A DNA stretch of 64,000 bases, from the NCBI RefSeq assembly GCF_016433145.1, contig NC_058135.1, positions 277,537,511-277,601,510 of the forward strand. Reading direction: 5' to 3'. The position numbers and the translations under genes are program-made. Position 1 is the stretch's first letter. Every line of letters starts with the position of its first letter. A model generated the notes under the pieces. It did not search any database. It saw only the letters and a list, made by a program, of their open reading frames with translations, and was not told where the DNA came from. Positions 25,675 through 38,180 of the stretch are shown one piece after another. This DNA comes from Gracilinanus agilis (lineage: Eukaryota).

Positions 25675-28600
25675 TCAGAGACTTCAGGTTAAGATGGCGG
25701 CAGAGTAAGGAACAGCTGCTCGATCTCTCCTGACCGAAGCATACAGGACTCCTCAAGGGGAAATAAAAACGAGTCCAGAGGAATGAAGGAACCGCACAAA
25801 AGGACGCAGCATTGAAGGTACGCAGAATCGGAGCATTTCCAAGCTATAAAGGGGTGAAACAGCTCTCACTAAAATGAGAGAGGAAGAAGCCCCTCCCCCA
25901 CCCCCCACACCGCACACCTCGCACAACACCAACACACAAGTGTGAAAACAGAACTGGGGCAACCAGATAATCCCTGACAGCCCCAGGGCTTGTACCTGTG
26001 TGCAGCAAGAGGAGGGACCCCAAGTGGCTGGGGACCCACGGACTTTCCCCGCGCATCCACATGGGTGAAGGTACCGCCTCCTGCTGGGACAAAGGCCCCT
26101 AAAACACAGCCTTTCCCAAACGCCGCAGGCATCGCCTCAGGTGCAAATAAAGTTCTCCAGCCCACCGACTTTCACTACCTTCTGGGGGGGTGAAGGCATC
26201 ACCCTAAGAGCATCTGCACAGGCAAAGGCAGGGCCCTAGGCTTGAATAACGATCTCTAGGCCAGGTTTGGACCTCCAGTGAGGACCCGGTGCAGACCAGA
26301 GCGCAGCAGTGGAAGCAGCCCCAAAGACTGCTGAAGGAAACTCAGGCAGAGGGGCAGACTGGGAACTACTAGGAGGCCTGACCCCGAGGACAAGGAGACC
26401 GGAGCCCCCATTATGAGGCGGGATTTATACCAGGAATGCAAGGATGGTTCAACATTAGGAAAACCATCCACATAATTGACCATATCAACAGTCTAACAAA
26501 CAAAAATCACATGATTATCTCAATAGATGCTGAAAAAGCCTTTGACAAAATACAGCATCCATTCCTATTGAAAACATTGAAAAGTATAGGAATAGAAGGA
26601 CCCTTTCTAAAAATAATAAACAATATATACCTAAAACCATCAACAAGCATTATATGCAATGGGGATGAATTAGAAGCCTCCCCAATAAGATCAGGAGTGA
26701 AACAAGGATGCCCATTATCACCTCTATTATTCAACATAGTACTAGAAACACTAGCAATAGCAATTAGAGAAGAAAAAGAAATTGAAGGTATCAAAATAGG
26801 CAATGAGGAGACTAAGCTATCACTCTTTGCAGATGATATGATGGTCTACTTAAAAAATCCTAGAGAGTCAACTAAGAGGCTGGTAGAAATAATCAACAAC
26901 TTTAGCAAAGTTGCAGGATACAATATAAATGCACATAAATCATCAGCATTTCTATACATTTCCAACACATTAGAACAGCAAGAGGTAGAAAGAGAAACAC
27001 CATTTAAAATCACCCTAGACAATATAAAATACTTGGGAATCAATCTAACAAAACAAGCACAGCTATTATACGAAAACAACTACAAAACACTTTCCAAACA
27101 AATAAAACTGGACCTCAACAATTGAAAAGCCATTAACTGTTCATGGGTAGGACGAGCTAACATAATAAAAATGAACATCCTACCCAAATTAATTTACCTA
27201 TGTAGTGCCATACCTATCAAATTACCAAAAAACTTCTTTACTGAATTAGAAAAAACTATAACAAATTTCATTTGGAATAACAAAAGATCAAGAATATCAA
27301 AGGAAATAATGAAAAAAAATGTGAAGGAAGGGGGTCTAGCAGTACCAGATATAAAACTATACTATAAAGCAGCAGTCATTAAATCAATATGGTACTGGCT
27401 AAGAGATAGAAGGGAGGATCAGTGGAATAGACTCGGGGTTAATGATGTCAGCAAGACAGTGTATGATAAACCCAAAGAGCCCAACTTTTGGGACATGAAC
27501 CCACTATTTGACAAAAACTGCTGGAAAATTTGGAAAACAATATGGGAGAGATTAGGTTTAGATCAACATCTCACACCCTACACCAAGATAAATTCAGAAT
27601 GGGTTGAATGACTTGAATATAAAGAGTTAAACTATAAATAAGTTAAGTGAACACAGAATAGTATACTTGTCAGATCTCTGGGAAAGGAAAGATTTTAAAA
27701 CCAAGCAAGAGTTAGAGAAAATTACAAAATGTAAATTTAATTGTTTTGATTGTATTAAGCTAAAAAGCTTTTGTACAAATAAAAACAATGTAGACAAAAT
27801 CAGAAGGGAAACAACAAATTGGGAAAAAAGTCTTTATAACGAAAAACTCTGACAGGGGTCTAATCACTCAAATATACAATGAGTTAACGCAATTGTATAA
27901 AAAATCAAGCCATTCCCCAATTGATAAATGGGCAAGAGACATGAACAGGCAATTTTCAGGTAAAGAAATCAAAAGTATCAATAAGCACATGAGAAAGTGT
28001 TCTAAATCTCTAATAATTAGAGAAATGCAAATCAAAACAACTCTGAGGTATCACCTCACACCTAGCAGATTGGCTAAAATGAAAGAAGGGGAGAGTAATG
28101 AATGTTGGAGGGGATGTGGCAAAAGCGGGACATTGATGCGTTGCTGGTGGAGTTGTGAAATGATCCAGCCATTCTGGCTGGCAATTTGGAACTATGCCCA
28201 AAGGGCTATAAAAGACTGCCTGCCCTTTGATCCAGCCATACCATTGCTGGGTTTGTACCCCAAACAGATCATAGATAAACAGACTTGTATGAAAATATTT
28301 ATAGCTGCGCTTTTTGTAGTGGCAAAAAACTGGAAAATGAGGGAATGTCCTTCAATTGGGGAATGGCTGAACAAATTGTGGTATATGCGGGTGATGGAAT
28401 ACTATTGTGCTAAAAGGAATAATAAACTGGAGGAATTCCATGCAAATTGGAGAGACTTCCAGGAAGTGATGCAGAGCGAAAGGAGCAGAGCCAGAAGAAC
28501 ATTGTACACAGAGACTGATATACTATGGTAAAATCAAATGTAATGGGCTCCTGTACCAGCAGCCCTGCAATGACACAGGACAGCTCTGAGGGATTTATGG

Positions 28601-28866
28601 TAAAGATGCTACCCACATTCAGAGGAAGGACTGTAGGAGAGGAAACATATAAGATAAACAATTCCTTGAATGCATGGGCTGAGGTGGACATAAATGGGAA
28701 ATAGACCCTGAACAAGGACACATGTTACAACCAGTGGAAATGTGCATTGGCCATGGGTGGGTGGAGAGCGGGGGGTGAAGGGGAAAGTAGGGGCATAAAG
28801 TATGTAAACAGATTAAAAAAGAATATTAACAAATGTCTAATAAAAAAATTTAAAAAATTAAAAAAA
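25675..28866 (+). mobile_element. LINE-1 with 5' UTR joined directly to the RT domain of ORF2 (ORF1 and EN missing), A-rich tail, 19-bp TSD
   Basis: The 5' end reads GACTTCAGGTTAAGATGGCGGC. RT motifs include [27 protein letters not shown] and LFADDM, and the C-terminus has CWRGC. The perfect TSD AGAAATATTCCTTTAGAAA is at 25656-25674 and 28867-28885. Confidence 0.95.
26418..28531 (+). pseudogene. L1 ORF2 remnant (RT plus C-terminal domain), disabled
   Basis: Split into ORFs 26436-27125, 27171-27611, 27667-27852 and 27893-28531, implying in-frame stops and two frameshifts. Confidence 0.92.
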
Positions 28867-28885
28867 AGAAATATTCCTTTAGAAA

Positions 28886-30700
28886 ACTGTGCCATAATTC
28901 GACTTCATATGGTCCATAGATGAGACTTTCCTTTTTTGCTCCCCAAAATAAAAAAGGGATAGTTTCTATACATAATTTTGCATATGTAGGATCTTTCTTT
29001 TTGTCCTTGACCTTTGAGTGTATGCCTAGCATTGGAATCCCTGGGTCAAATAGTATAAAAATTTCATTGCTTTCTTTTAAAAAATGTTTTTTTTCTAGAT
29101 TAGATATTAATACATTTTAATAATTGTTTTCTTACATTTTACAATCCATGTTCTCTCCTCCCTTTCTACACCTTCTCCCTTCCAAAGAAAGCAGGTATTA
29201 TGATATACCTTATAAATGTTATCATAAAATATATGTTTCTATGTTTATTTTGTGAAAGAAGATACATATTGCTTACAGTAGAAAAAATTAATGGTGAAAA
29301 TGAAATGAAAAATTATATGTTTCAACCTAAATTCAAACTCTGCCAGTTCCTTTGAGGGTGGTGGATATATAACCTATCTCTTCATGAATCCCTTAGAGTT
29401 GCCCTGGATTGTTGCCTTGTTTTTGTTTTAAACCTTTATTGTTTGTCTTAAAATTGATTCAAAGTTCCAAGGCAGAAGAGTGGTAAAAACTAGACTAATG
29501 GGATTAAGTGACTTGCTCAGTCATATATCAATGAAGTATCTGAATCCAGATTTTAACCTAGAACCTCACCTCCCATCTTCATACCTGATTATTCTCTGAG
29601 CCACCTACCTGCCCTCCTTTACTTGTTGATAATAATTAAGTTATTAACAGTTGATTGTCTTACATAATAGTTATTGTAAAAAAAAACCTTCTCCTGCTTC
29701 TCACTTTACATTGCAAACTTTATATGTCTTTCCAGGGCGAGTTGCCTTTTTAAACATATTGTTTGTCATTTTCGATAGCACAATAATATTCAGGTACAAT
29801 TATATACCCCAACCTTTTTAGACATTCCCAAATTGATGGACATCCCTTCAGTTTCCAGTTCTTTGTCCCCATAAAAAGAATCAGTATAAATATTTGTGTA
29901 CAAGGAGGTATTTTCCCCCTGTCTTTAATCGCTTTTTGATAAGGACCTAGTAGTACTATTGGTAGGTCAAAAGCAATGCATTATTATGGCACTTTGACGT
30001 AGCTCCAAATTGCTCTCCTGAATGATTATATCAGTTCACCAACAATGTATGTGTTCCTCAACTGTTTTCTTTAAATAATTTCAAATTATTTTCTTCAAAG
30101 GTTGGACAAATCCATAGCACAGTCAACATTTAAACTCTTGTCTTTCTATCATTGAGTATTTCTATCTTTTTTTCCCCTTGATAACTTTCTGGACTTGAGA
30201 TGAAATGACAGGTTGTTTTAAATGAAATTTATCTTCATAGCAATTAAAAATATGCACTTATGTTTAACAATAATTTGCAGATTTTTCTGATGTCAATCAA
30301 TTAACATTTCACAAGCACCTATCATGTTCCAGGCACCATACTGAATACTAAACTATTTATTCAAGTCATTTGTCCATTTATTCATTAGAAAAAAGGGAGT
30401 TTTTTGCTAAAGGTATGGTATAGTGAGTTCTGAACATTTCATTTCTCATCTCTTGTGATGGCCTTTTGTTTATTTTTTCTGAATACTTGGAATTTCTTCT
30501 GTCTTCTTTCTATAAATAAGTTTAGCTATAAGTTTTTATGCCTCCTTTAGATAGTCCTTTTTATTTCCAGTTTATTGTTCTCTCCCTTGCTGTTCAAGAT
30601 TTGTTCTTTTTTATTCACTTTGTGGGTTTTTAATTTTTAATATTAAACATTCAGTTCATTGTTCTTCACCTTTTCCAATTCAAATATGATTTTTATAATG
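28886..30700 (-). mobile_element. Old, degraded L1 3' fragment (host of the younger L1 and a SINE)
   Basis: The minus-strand translation MLGIHSKVKDKKKDPTYAKLCIET resembles the ORF2 C-terminus LLGIYPK...IFIAALF. Similar ORF2-end blocks lie at 29780-30060. Confidence 0.6.
29420..29614 (-). mobile_element. SINE1_Mdo-like SINE
   Basis: TTCCAAGGCAGAAGAGTGGTAA…TTAAGTGACTTGCTC…CCACCTACCTGCCC. Confidence 0.75.
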
Positions 30701-31099
30701 TACCTACTTCCCACATCAATTATTCATCTCCTTCCCTATGGGACTGCTGTTCATAGGGACCTCCTTCCTGCTATTAAGTTAAACCCACTCTTTCTAATTT
30801 CATTCTCCCATTTTAGGCTCTTCCCTTCTGCAACCTCTTTGAATATCCTGAAGCTCCACTTCTTGCTGGGAGTCTATGATTTTCCTCATCTAGCTGCTTT
30901 TCTCTCATGAACTTGATAAAAATACAATGCACATTTCTGTCTGTCCTCCACTTCCCCTCCCCCCTTTAATACACTGTAGCACTTGTTAATTCTGTCCCAC
31001 AAAATGAAATGCTTCACCTGGAGGGGAGCCTGGGAAACTTTAGTGTTATTCCTCCATATTTACTCCTATTTAATTTTTACTTCATTTGTATACATTCAT

Positions 31100-31940
31100 G
31101 TGTACTTTTTTCGTTATTCTCTTAATGATACTTTATTTATTACTAATTACATATAATCACATATTTCAACAAGTGATTCAAAGTTATATGATGCAGATTG
31201 TCTCCTTCCCTTCTTCAATTCCCCTTTCCAGAGCTAGCAAGTAATTTAACCTGGAATATACATGTCTTCATGCAAAACAAATTTTCATATTTTTCATTCT
31301 GTAAGTGAATAAACTTATAAAACCCAAACCCCCAAACATATACTAAAATAAAGAAGTGATAAATCATATGTATCATCTACATTACTGCTCCAACCATTCT
31401 TTCTCTTGAGGTGGATAGCATTCTTTTTCAAAAGTCCCTCAGAATTGTTCTGGATCCTTGTATTACATAGTAGCTATGTCTGTCACAGTTGATCATTCCA
31501 TATTTATCTCACTGTGTATAATGCTTTTCCTAGTTCTGCTTATTTTACTCTGCATCAGTTCATGTATGTCTTTCCAGCATTTTCTGAAATCACCCTTTTC
31601 ATAATTCCTTAAAGAACAATAGTATTCCATCCCCTCGTATACCACAATTTGTTCAGCTAATCCCCATTTGAGGGACATCCCTTTAATTTCCAATTCTTTG
31701 AGACCACAAAAAGAGGATTTATGAACATTTTTGAACAAATAGGTCCTATTTCATGTTTAAAAAAATCTCTTTTGGATACAGACCTGGTAGTGGTATTACT
31801 GGATCAAAGTATATGGATTGTTCTTCAGCCCTTTGGGAATAATTCCAAATTGTCCTCCAGAATGGTTGGATCAGTCCACAAATCCACCAGCAATGCACTG
31901 GTTTCTCAATTTTGTCACATACCCTCCAATATTTATTAAT
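31100..31940 (-). mobile_element. 5'-truncated L1 (ORF2 C-terminus plus 3' UTR)
   Basis: Minus-strand ORFs read HCWWICGLIQPFWRTIWNY...LPGLYPKEI and MEYYCSLRN...DIHELMQSKISRTR. Confidence 0.88.
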
Positions 31941-33928
31941 GATCATTTTTTAAACTTTTAAGTTCTTCCTTCATTGCTTTCTTTCTTGCTCAGTCTTTCT
32001 ACCTTTTTCTTTAAATAGTATGATTCCATTCATTTTTCCTTTGGAAAGCGTAATTTTAAAAATATTTGTTATTTCTGTTGCTTGGTGTATGTTGTAGGTA
32101 AACTCCTTGTAACCATCCTTGACTCAAATAACAAGATATCACAAAATATTAACTTGGCAGAAGAAAAGGTTATAAAAATGTAGATTTATATAACTTACAT
32201 ACCTACATCTATCGACAATGTGTGTTTAGGATACACATTGATATTCCTAGTTCTGGTTAAGGCCCACCTTCCTTTTGTCTCCCTTGGTTTCATAGAGGCA
32301 GGTTTTTCAAGGGTGGTAGTGATAGGCCTGAAGAGAATGGAACCTTCACCTCAACCTTCACAGGTAAGAAACTATTTTGGTGGGAGGTTTTTGTAGAGTC
32401 AAGAGGATGCTGGTGATCAATTTATCAGTGCAAAGCCTTTTATTGGGCATAAAACTATTGTCTATTTGTCAAAGTATTATTGAGCATGAAGATCTACCAA
32501 AACCTATAGGATTGTAATTCTAATTGGTTTGTAGGTTGGAATTTCCAATTCTATCCAAGTCAGAATCTAATAATCTCTCCCTTGGTGCTCCATATTAAGA
32601 AAGATTTGAAATGACAAATGAAAGGAGTTTGTCATTAATCCTAGAATCTACAGGGAGACATGACAAGCTCCTTGAGAAAGGAACTGACATGACCAGATAT
32701 GTGCTGGTCACCAGAAAAAAAATTGTGACAATAATTTGTTAGATTATTAACAACAATAATCCATTATCATGCCCATGATATATAATCACAATGTCCTTCC
32801 TTGGTCTTGTCTCTCAAATCTGGATAACTCTATATCTGGTTTCAGGTCTCAATATGAATATCTGGGGGAAAGTCTGGCAGCAAGAAATCCAAGACCCAGA
32901 AGAAAGTATGCAGTTATATTGATTATTGGTGGTTTTTACCCCATGAAATTTCTCTCCTCTAACTAGCTATGTAGCTTGATTTGAAGAGTACCAACATAGA
33001 TGACAGAATTCTCTAGTGTGCTCATCTATAGATATTCTGTGGCTAAATTAGGAAGGAAATTAATTTATGTTTTTAACCCAACTTTTCATTTATGTGCCTT
33101 TTATTTCCTCCTTCTGCCTATACATTTTACTCCCTTCTATTCTCCTTCAAATAACAACTCACTTCTTCTCTGTGCCATCCAAATCTACTATGAGGAAACC
33201 CTTATTTTTGCCCTGAGCAGTCATTTTACACTTGAGTATGAATTTCAGTATCAATGTTATTTTCTTTAGTATAGCTGGAAAGAATCATATTATATTTCTA
33301 TTGGTGGACAGCTAGATGCAGAAGGTGAAAAGACTAAAATGACTGAAAAACATGTTTTATTAGAGATTAAGGAGGATCATTCATTGTATCTTCAAAGGAT
33401 TTGTCTCATAGTAAGGAGAATTAAGGCTCTTATAGGAATGGTTATTAAAACAAATAAAAAAAAAACATAAAAACAAGCTGAGGCCTAAAAGTCAGGAGAA
33501 AAGTCTTAGCTCATTAATCCATCTTTTCCACTAACTTTCTATGTGGCTTCAAGCAAGCCCTTTCTTTATTTTTTTTAATCACCAAATAAGTGAGGGGATT
33601 ACCTTAGAATTATAAAAAAAATAGCACCCAGAGCTAACAGGGATTTTAGAGGTCATTCCATTCAGTTCTCATCCCCCTTCAATTTATAGATGCTAAGGTT
33701 CAATCCAGAAGTCAGTCCAAAGTTATTTGGTTTGTATTTACGAGAAGGTATATGATACCTGAAGTCTTGGGTTCAGAGCTCCCTTTCATCTTTTGAATTA
33801 CATCATTTTTTTTTTGCTGCTAAGGGAGAACTAAATTTTTAATTAATAAAGTTTTAAAGGCTAGGCACATCAAAGTTTTGGAAGCCCATCTTGATTCTAT
33901 TTTAAAATCTTCAAAATTTCCATCAATC

Positions 33929-34127
33929 TTTTTTTTAACCCTTGCCTTCTCTCTCAGAATCAGTACTGTGGATTGGTTCAAAGGCAGAAGAGTAGTAAGC
34001 ACTAGGCAATGGGGGTTAAGTGACTTTCCCAGGGTCACACAGCTAGAAAATTTCTGAGGCAGATTCTAACCCATCTCTTCACATCACTAGACCTGGTTTT
34101 CTATCCAATGACCCACCTAGCTACATC
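33929..34127 (-). mobile_element. SINE1_Mdo-like SINE
   Basis: CCCTTGCCTTCTCTCTCAGAATCAGTACTG…GGCAATGGGGGTTAAGTGACTTTCCCAGGGTCACACAGC. Confidence 0.82.
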
Positions 34128-34329
34128 CTTATCAGTCTTATGATCTTCTGTAAGTCCTAAAGCTAACAACTATTTGACAAATGAACAGGGTTTAGTTTGA
34201 GCATTCATGGGTCTAAGAATATCATTGGCCTTTGTTTTGTTCCCATAGGCATAAAAACCATAGCTAGACAAGGCTGACTCTCCAGAAATCAATTCCCTAG
34301 ATCCTTCAGTTTTCTTACGCTCACCTTTA

Positions 34330-35976
34330 TTTTATTTTATTTTATTTTATTTTATTTTATAATATAAACTCTCACCTTCTGTCTTGGAGTCAACAGTATT
34401 GACTCCAAGGCAGAAAAGTGGTAACAGATAGACAATGGGGGTCAAGTGACTTGCCCAGGTCATACAACTAGGAAGTATCTGAGGCCAGATTTGAACCTAG
34501 GACCTCCTATCTCTAGGCCTGACTCTCAATACACTGAGCCACCCAGCTGTCTCCCTTTATTATATTATTATTATTATTATTATTTATTTTATTTTATTTT
34601 TAATAGAAAATTTTTCTATGGTTACATGATTCATGTCCTTTCTCTCACTTCTGCCCCCCCCCAAATCCCCACCATTACCACTGTAGCCAATGCATATTTC
34701 CTCTGGATTTTATATGCGTCATTGATCAAGACCTTTTTCCATATTATTGATAGTTGCACTGCGGTGGTTATTTAGAGCCTACATCCCAAATCATATTCCC
34801 ATCAACCCATGTGTTCAAGCAGTTGTTTTTCTTTTGTGTTTCTACTCCCACAGTTCTTCCTCTGATTGTGAATAGAGTTCTTTTTCATAAGACCCTCAGA
34901 ATTGTACTGGATAATTGCATTACCGCTTGTAGAGAAGTCCATTACATTCGGTATTTACCACAGCATATTAGTTTCTGTGTACAATGTTCTTCTAGCTCTG
35001 CTCCTTTCACTCTGCATCAATTCCTGAAGGTCATTCTAGTTCACATGGAATTCCTCCAGTTCATTATTCCTTTGAGCACAATAATATTCCATCACCAACA
35101 GATACCACAGTTTGTTCAGCCGTTCCCCAATTGAAGGGCATAACCTCATTTTACAGCTTTGCCACTACAAGGAGCATGGCTATAAATATTTTACAAGACT
35201 TTTTTCTTATGATATCTTTGGGGTATAAACCCAGCAGTGATATGGCTGGATCAAAGGGCGGACAGTTTTTTTAGGGCCCTTTGGCCATAGTTCCAAATTG
35301 CCATCCAGAATGGTTGGATCAATTCACAACTCCACCAGCAATGCATTAATGTTCCAGTTTTGCCACATCCCCTCCAACATTCACGACTATCCTTTGCTCT
35401 CGTGTTAGTCAATCAGCAAGGTGTGAGGCGATACCTCAGAGTTCTTTTGATTTGCATTTCTCTAAATATAAGAGATTTAGAATACTTTTTCATGTATTTA
35501 TTGATAGCTTTAATTCCTTTATCTGAAAATTGCCTATTCATGTCCCTTGCCAATTTATCAATTGGGGAATGGCTTGATTTCTTGTACAATTGATTTAGTT
35601 CCTCATATATTTTGGTAATTAGACCTTTATCAGAGTTTTTTATTATAAATATTTTTTCCTAATTTGTTCCTTCTCTTCTAATTTTGGTTGCATTTGTTTT
35701 GTTTGTACAAAACCTTTTTAAATTAATGTAATCAAAATTATTTATTTTACATTTCATAATTTTTTTTCTAACTCTTGCTTGATTTTAAAATCTTTCCTTA
35801 CCTAGACATCTAACAAGTACACTATTCTGTGGTCACCTAATTTACTTGTAGTTTCCTTCTTAATATTCATGGCATTCACCCATTCTGAATTTATCTTGGT
35901 GTACAGTGTGAAATGTTGATCTAAACCTAATCTCTCCCGTACTGTTTTCCAATTTTCCCAGCAGTTTTTGTCAAAT
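34330..35976 (-). mobile_element. 5'-truncated L1 with a SINE1-like element in its A-rich tail, bounded by one TSD
   Basis: The L1 ORF2 3' end and 3' UTR lie at 34560-35976. The TSD TTAC(G/T)CTCACCTTTA is at 34315-34329 and 35977-35991, with a TT/AAAG endonuclease-type site on the minus strand. Confidence 0.88.
34365..34556 (-). mobile_element. SINE1_Mdo-like SINE within the L1 tail
   Basis: CTCACCTTCTGTCTTGGAGTC…GTGACTTGCCCAGGTC…CACCCAGCTGTCTCCC. Confidence 0.85.
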
Positions 35977-36132
35977 TTACTCTCACCTTTAAAAGAAAAA
36001 GATACAAATGATCAGAAAAGCTGTTGCTATCAGGGACTAAATTTTTCCAAGCTAATGCTTAGGTGAAATTCAATCTCATAATTCAATGTGGACTAGATTA
36101 AAAATTTTAAAATGGATAATTATGTTTATGAC

Positions 36133-36375
36133 AGAGGCAGCTAGATAGTTCAGTGGAAAGAGGACTGGGCCTGGAGTCAGGAAGACTTGAGTTCAAATGT
36201 AGCATGAGACTCTTACTACCTGTGTGCCCTAGGGCAGATAACAACTTCTTTTTTTTTTAAATCCACTAGAGAAGGAAATAGTGAACTATTCCAGTATCTT
36301 TGCTAAGAAAACTCTCTCGACAATATGCTGCATAGTCATGACGAGTTGGACTCAACTGCCTAACAACAACAATAC
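36133..36375 (+). mobile_element. MAR1-type SINE
   Basis: GAGGCAGCTAGATAGTTCAGTGG…AGAAGGAAATAG…CCAGTATCTTTGCTAAGAAAAC…AACAACAAC. Confidence 0.75.
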
Positions 36376-36596
36376 GGAAAGCCCCTTTATGAATTACAAA
36401 GTGGTTTACATATATTATTTCACATGAACTTCACAACCTGATGAGAAATGTATGAGATGTGTCATTGCCCCCATTTTAAAATAAGGAAACTGAGGTTCAA
36501 ATCTACCCATTCTCATATGGTAAGTGAGAGAGGTGAGATCTGAACTTTCAGCTTCAAATTCCATGTCTAGTATCCTGTCAAAAGGCAATGGCTCCC

Positions 36597-36799
36597 GGGG
36601 GCAGCTGGGTAGCTCAGTGGATTGAGAGCCAGGCCTAGAGACGGAAGGTCCTAGGTTCAAATCCGGCCTCAGACACTTCCCAGCTGTGTGACCCTGGGCA
36701 AGTCACTTGACCCCCATTGCCCACCCTTACCAATCTTTTACCTATGAACCAATAGACAGAAGTTAAGGGTAAAAAACAAAACAAAACAAAACAAAAAAA
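36597..36799 (+). mobile_element. Young SINE1_Mdo-like SINE with TSD
   Basis: Begins GGGGGCAGCTGGGTAGCTCAGTGGATTGAGAGCCAGGCCTAGAGACGG and ends in an (AAAAC)n tail. The TSD AA(A/G)AGGCAATGGCT(C/T)CC is at 36580-36596 and 36800-36816. Confidence 0.92.
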
Positions 36800-37110
36800 A
36801 AGAGGCAATGGCTTCCTATCAGTGACATTTAATAAGATGACCTTTAGATGAACTAAGATGTTCAATTCTCAGTGTAAAACTTCAATATTTTCACTAATTG
36901 AGTTATATATTCTAGAATGATTTTCAATAACGAATGTCAAATCAGAAGCAATGTTATTGTTCGGCCTCTAAAATCTTAGAATTGGGAGAGAGTGTAGAAC
37001 ATAGAAAGTCAGAATGTGTGAGGATCAGAGGGAATATTGGCAGAAATAAGAGAGCCATTGAACAAGAATCATGGAAAGTTAGATATGGTAAGAGCCTTAT
37101 AAATAATTGA

Positions 37111-37291
37111 TTTTATTTTTTTTAAGTCTTACTTTCTATCTTTGTAACAACTCCAAGACAGAAAGACAAGGATTAGACATGGGATTAATTGATTTGCCAG
37201 GGTCATGCAGCTAGGTCTGAGGTCAGATTTAAATCCACTCCCTCCTTTCTCCAACCTTGACTCTCCATCCACTGTACCACCTAGTTGCTCC
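37111..37291 (-). mobile_element. SINE1_Mdo-like SINE
   Basis: CTTACTTTCTATC…CCAAGACAGAA…CCACCTAGTTGCTCC. Confidence 0.7.
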
Positions 37292-37489
37292 ATGGCAGGA
37301 CCTTAGAGATAATTAAGCCAACCCCTCACTTATATATAATGTGGACAATGGAAGTTATTTTCTGAAGACCACTCTTAAAGGAAAAATCAGGTAAAGTTAA
37401 CTTAATATTTATATGTAGGTTCAGAAGGGTGAGTAGAAGACAGGAATAGACAATAGGTGGGGATTTAACAAGTTAAGGAAACTGGGTTT

Positions 37490-38180
37490 AGCTGTTTAGG
37501 GGAAATGACTGTTGACAGAAGTGACGGGTAGGCCTTAACTGTCACCCGGTTCCACCTAGCCTGGATAAACTCAGATTATAACAAAATACACACACTATGA
37601 GAACTTTAAGGTATGAAGAAAACAAATAGGGAAATAGTTTAATTCTAATTTGAGAGGATAGGAGAGGGGATGGGGTGAAACTATGTCTAACTGCCCAGGA
37701 CTAGAATCAAAAGGGAAGTTCCTTAGCCAACCTAGCTTCTGCCAAGTTTAACAGCTTGGCTAAGGACCTGAGGAAGAGAGCTTGGGTTTGGGTTCTCACA
37801 ACTGATCCAGAGATATCATCAGGATACCAGGAACCAACTCCTCCACAGCCAATGATCCAAAAGTAACCAGGTAGGGAAATATGCCTGCAAACTGTCCACC
37901 AGAACACAGGCCTCTTCCCTACTCAGAGTTGACTTGCAGGATGATGTTTTCAGCCTTTACAACCTTCACCAATCTCCAAGATCCCAGGTCAAATAGGGAC
38001 TACTGGTTGCACTTCTGCTCCAAACCCCTCATGAAACGGCAATGCCTGTTGCTTAGCTCTCTCCTCTCTACCCCTTGCATTCTATTCAGAATGTCCATGA
38101 CTTACAGCAAAGGCTTTCCCTAATATGCTTCCAAAAACCTTCCTTTATATTTTTAAAGCCTATACCTATTACACCACACA
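37490..38180 (-). mobile_element. Probable solo LTR, antisense
   Basis: GC-richer non-coding island of about 700 bp with TG...CA ends and a minus-strand ATTAAA motif. No TSD was confirmed. Confidence 0.4.

Noticed and set aside
34446-35593. ORFs of 77-126 aa on the + strand
   Set aside because: They are antisense frames of the SINE and L1 3' end.
36597-36680. tRNA-like A/B-box sequence
   Set aside because: It is the tRNA-derived head of a SINE with a tail and TSD, not a tRNA gene.
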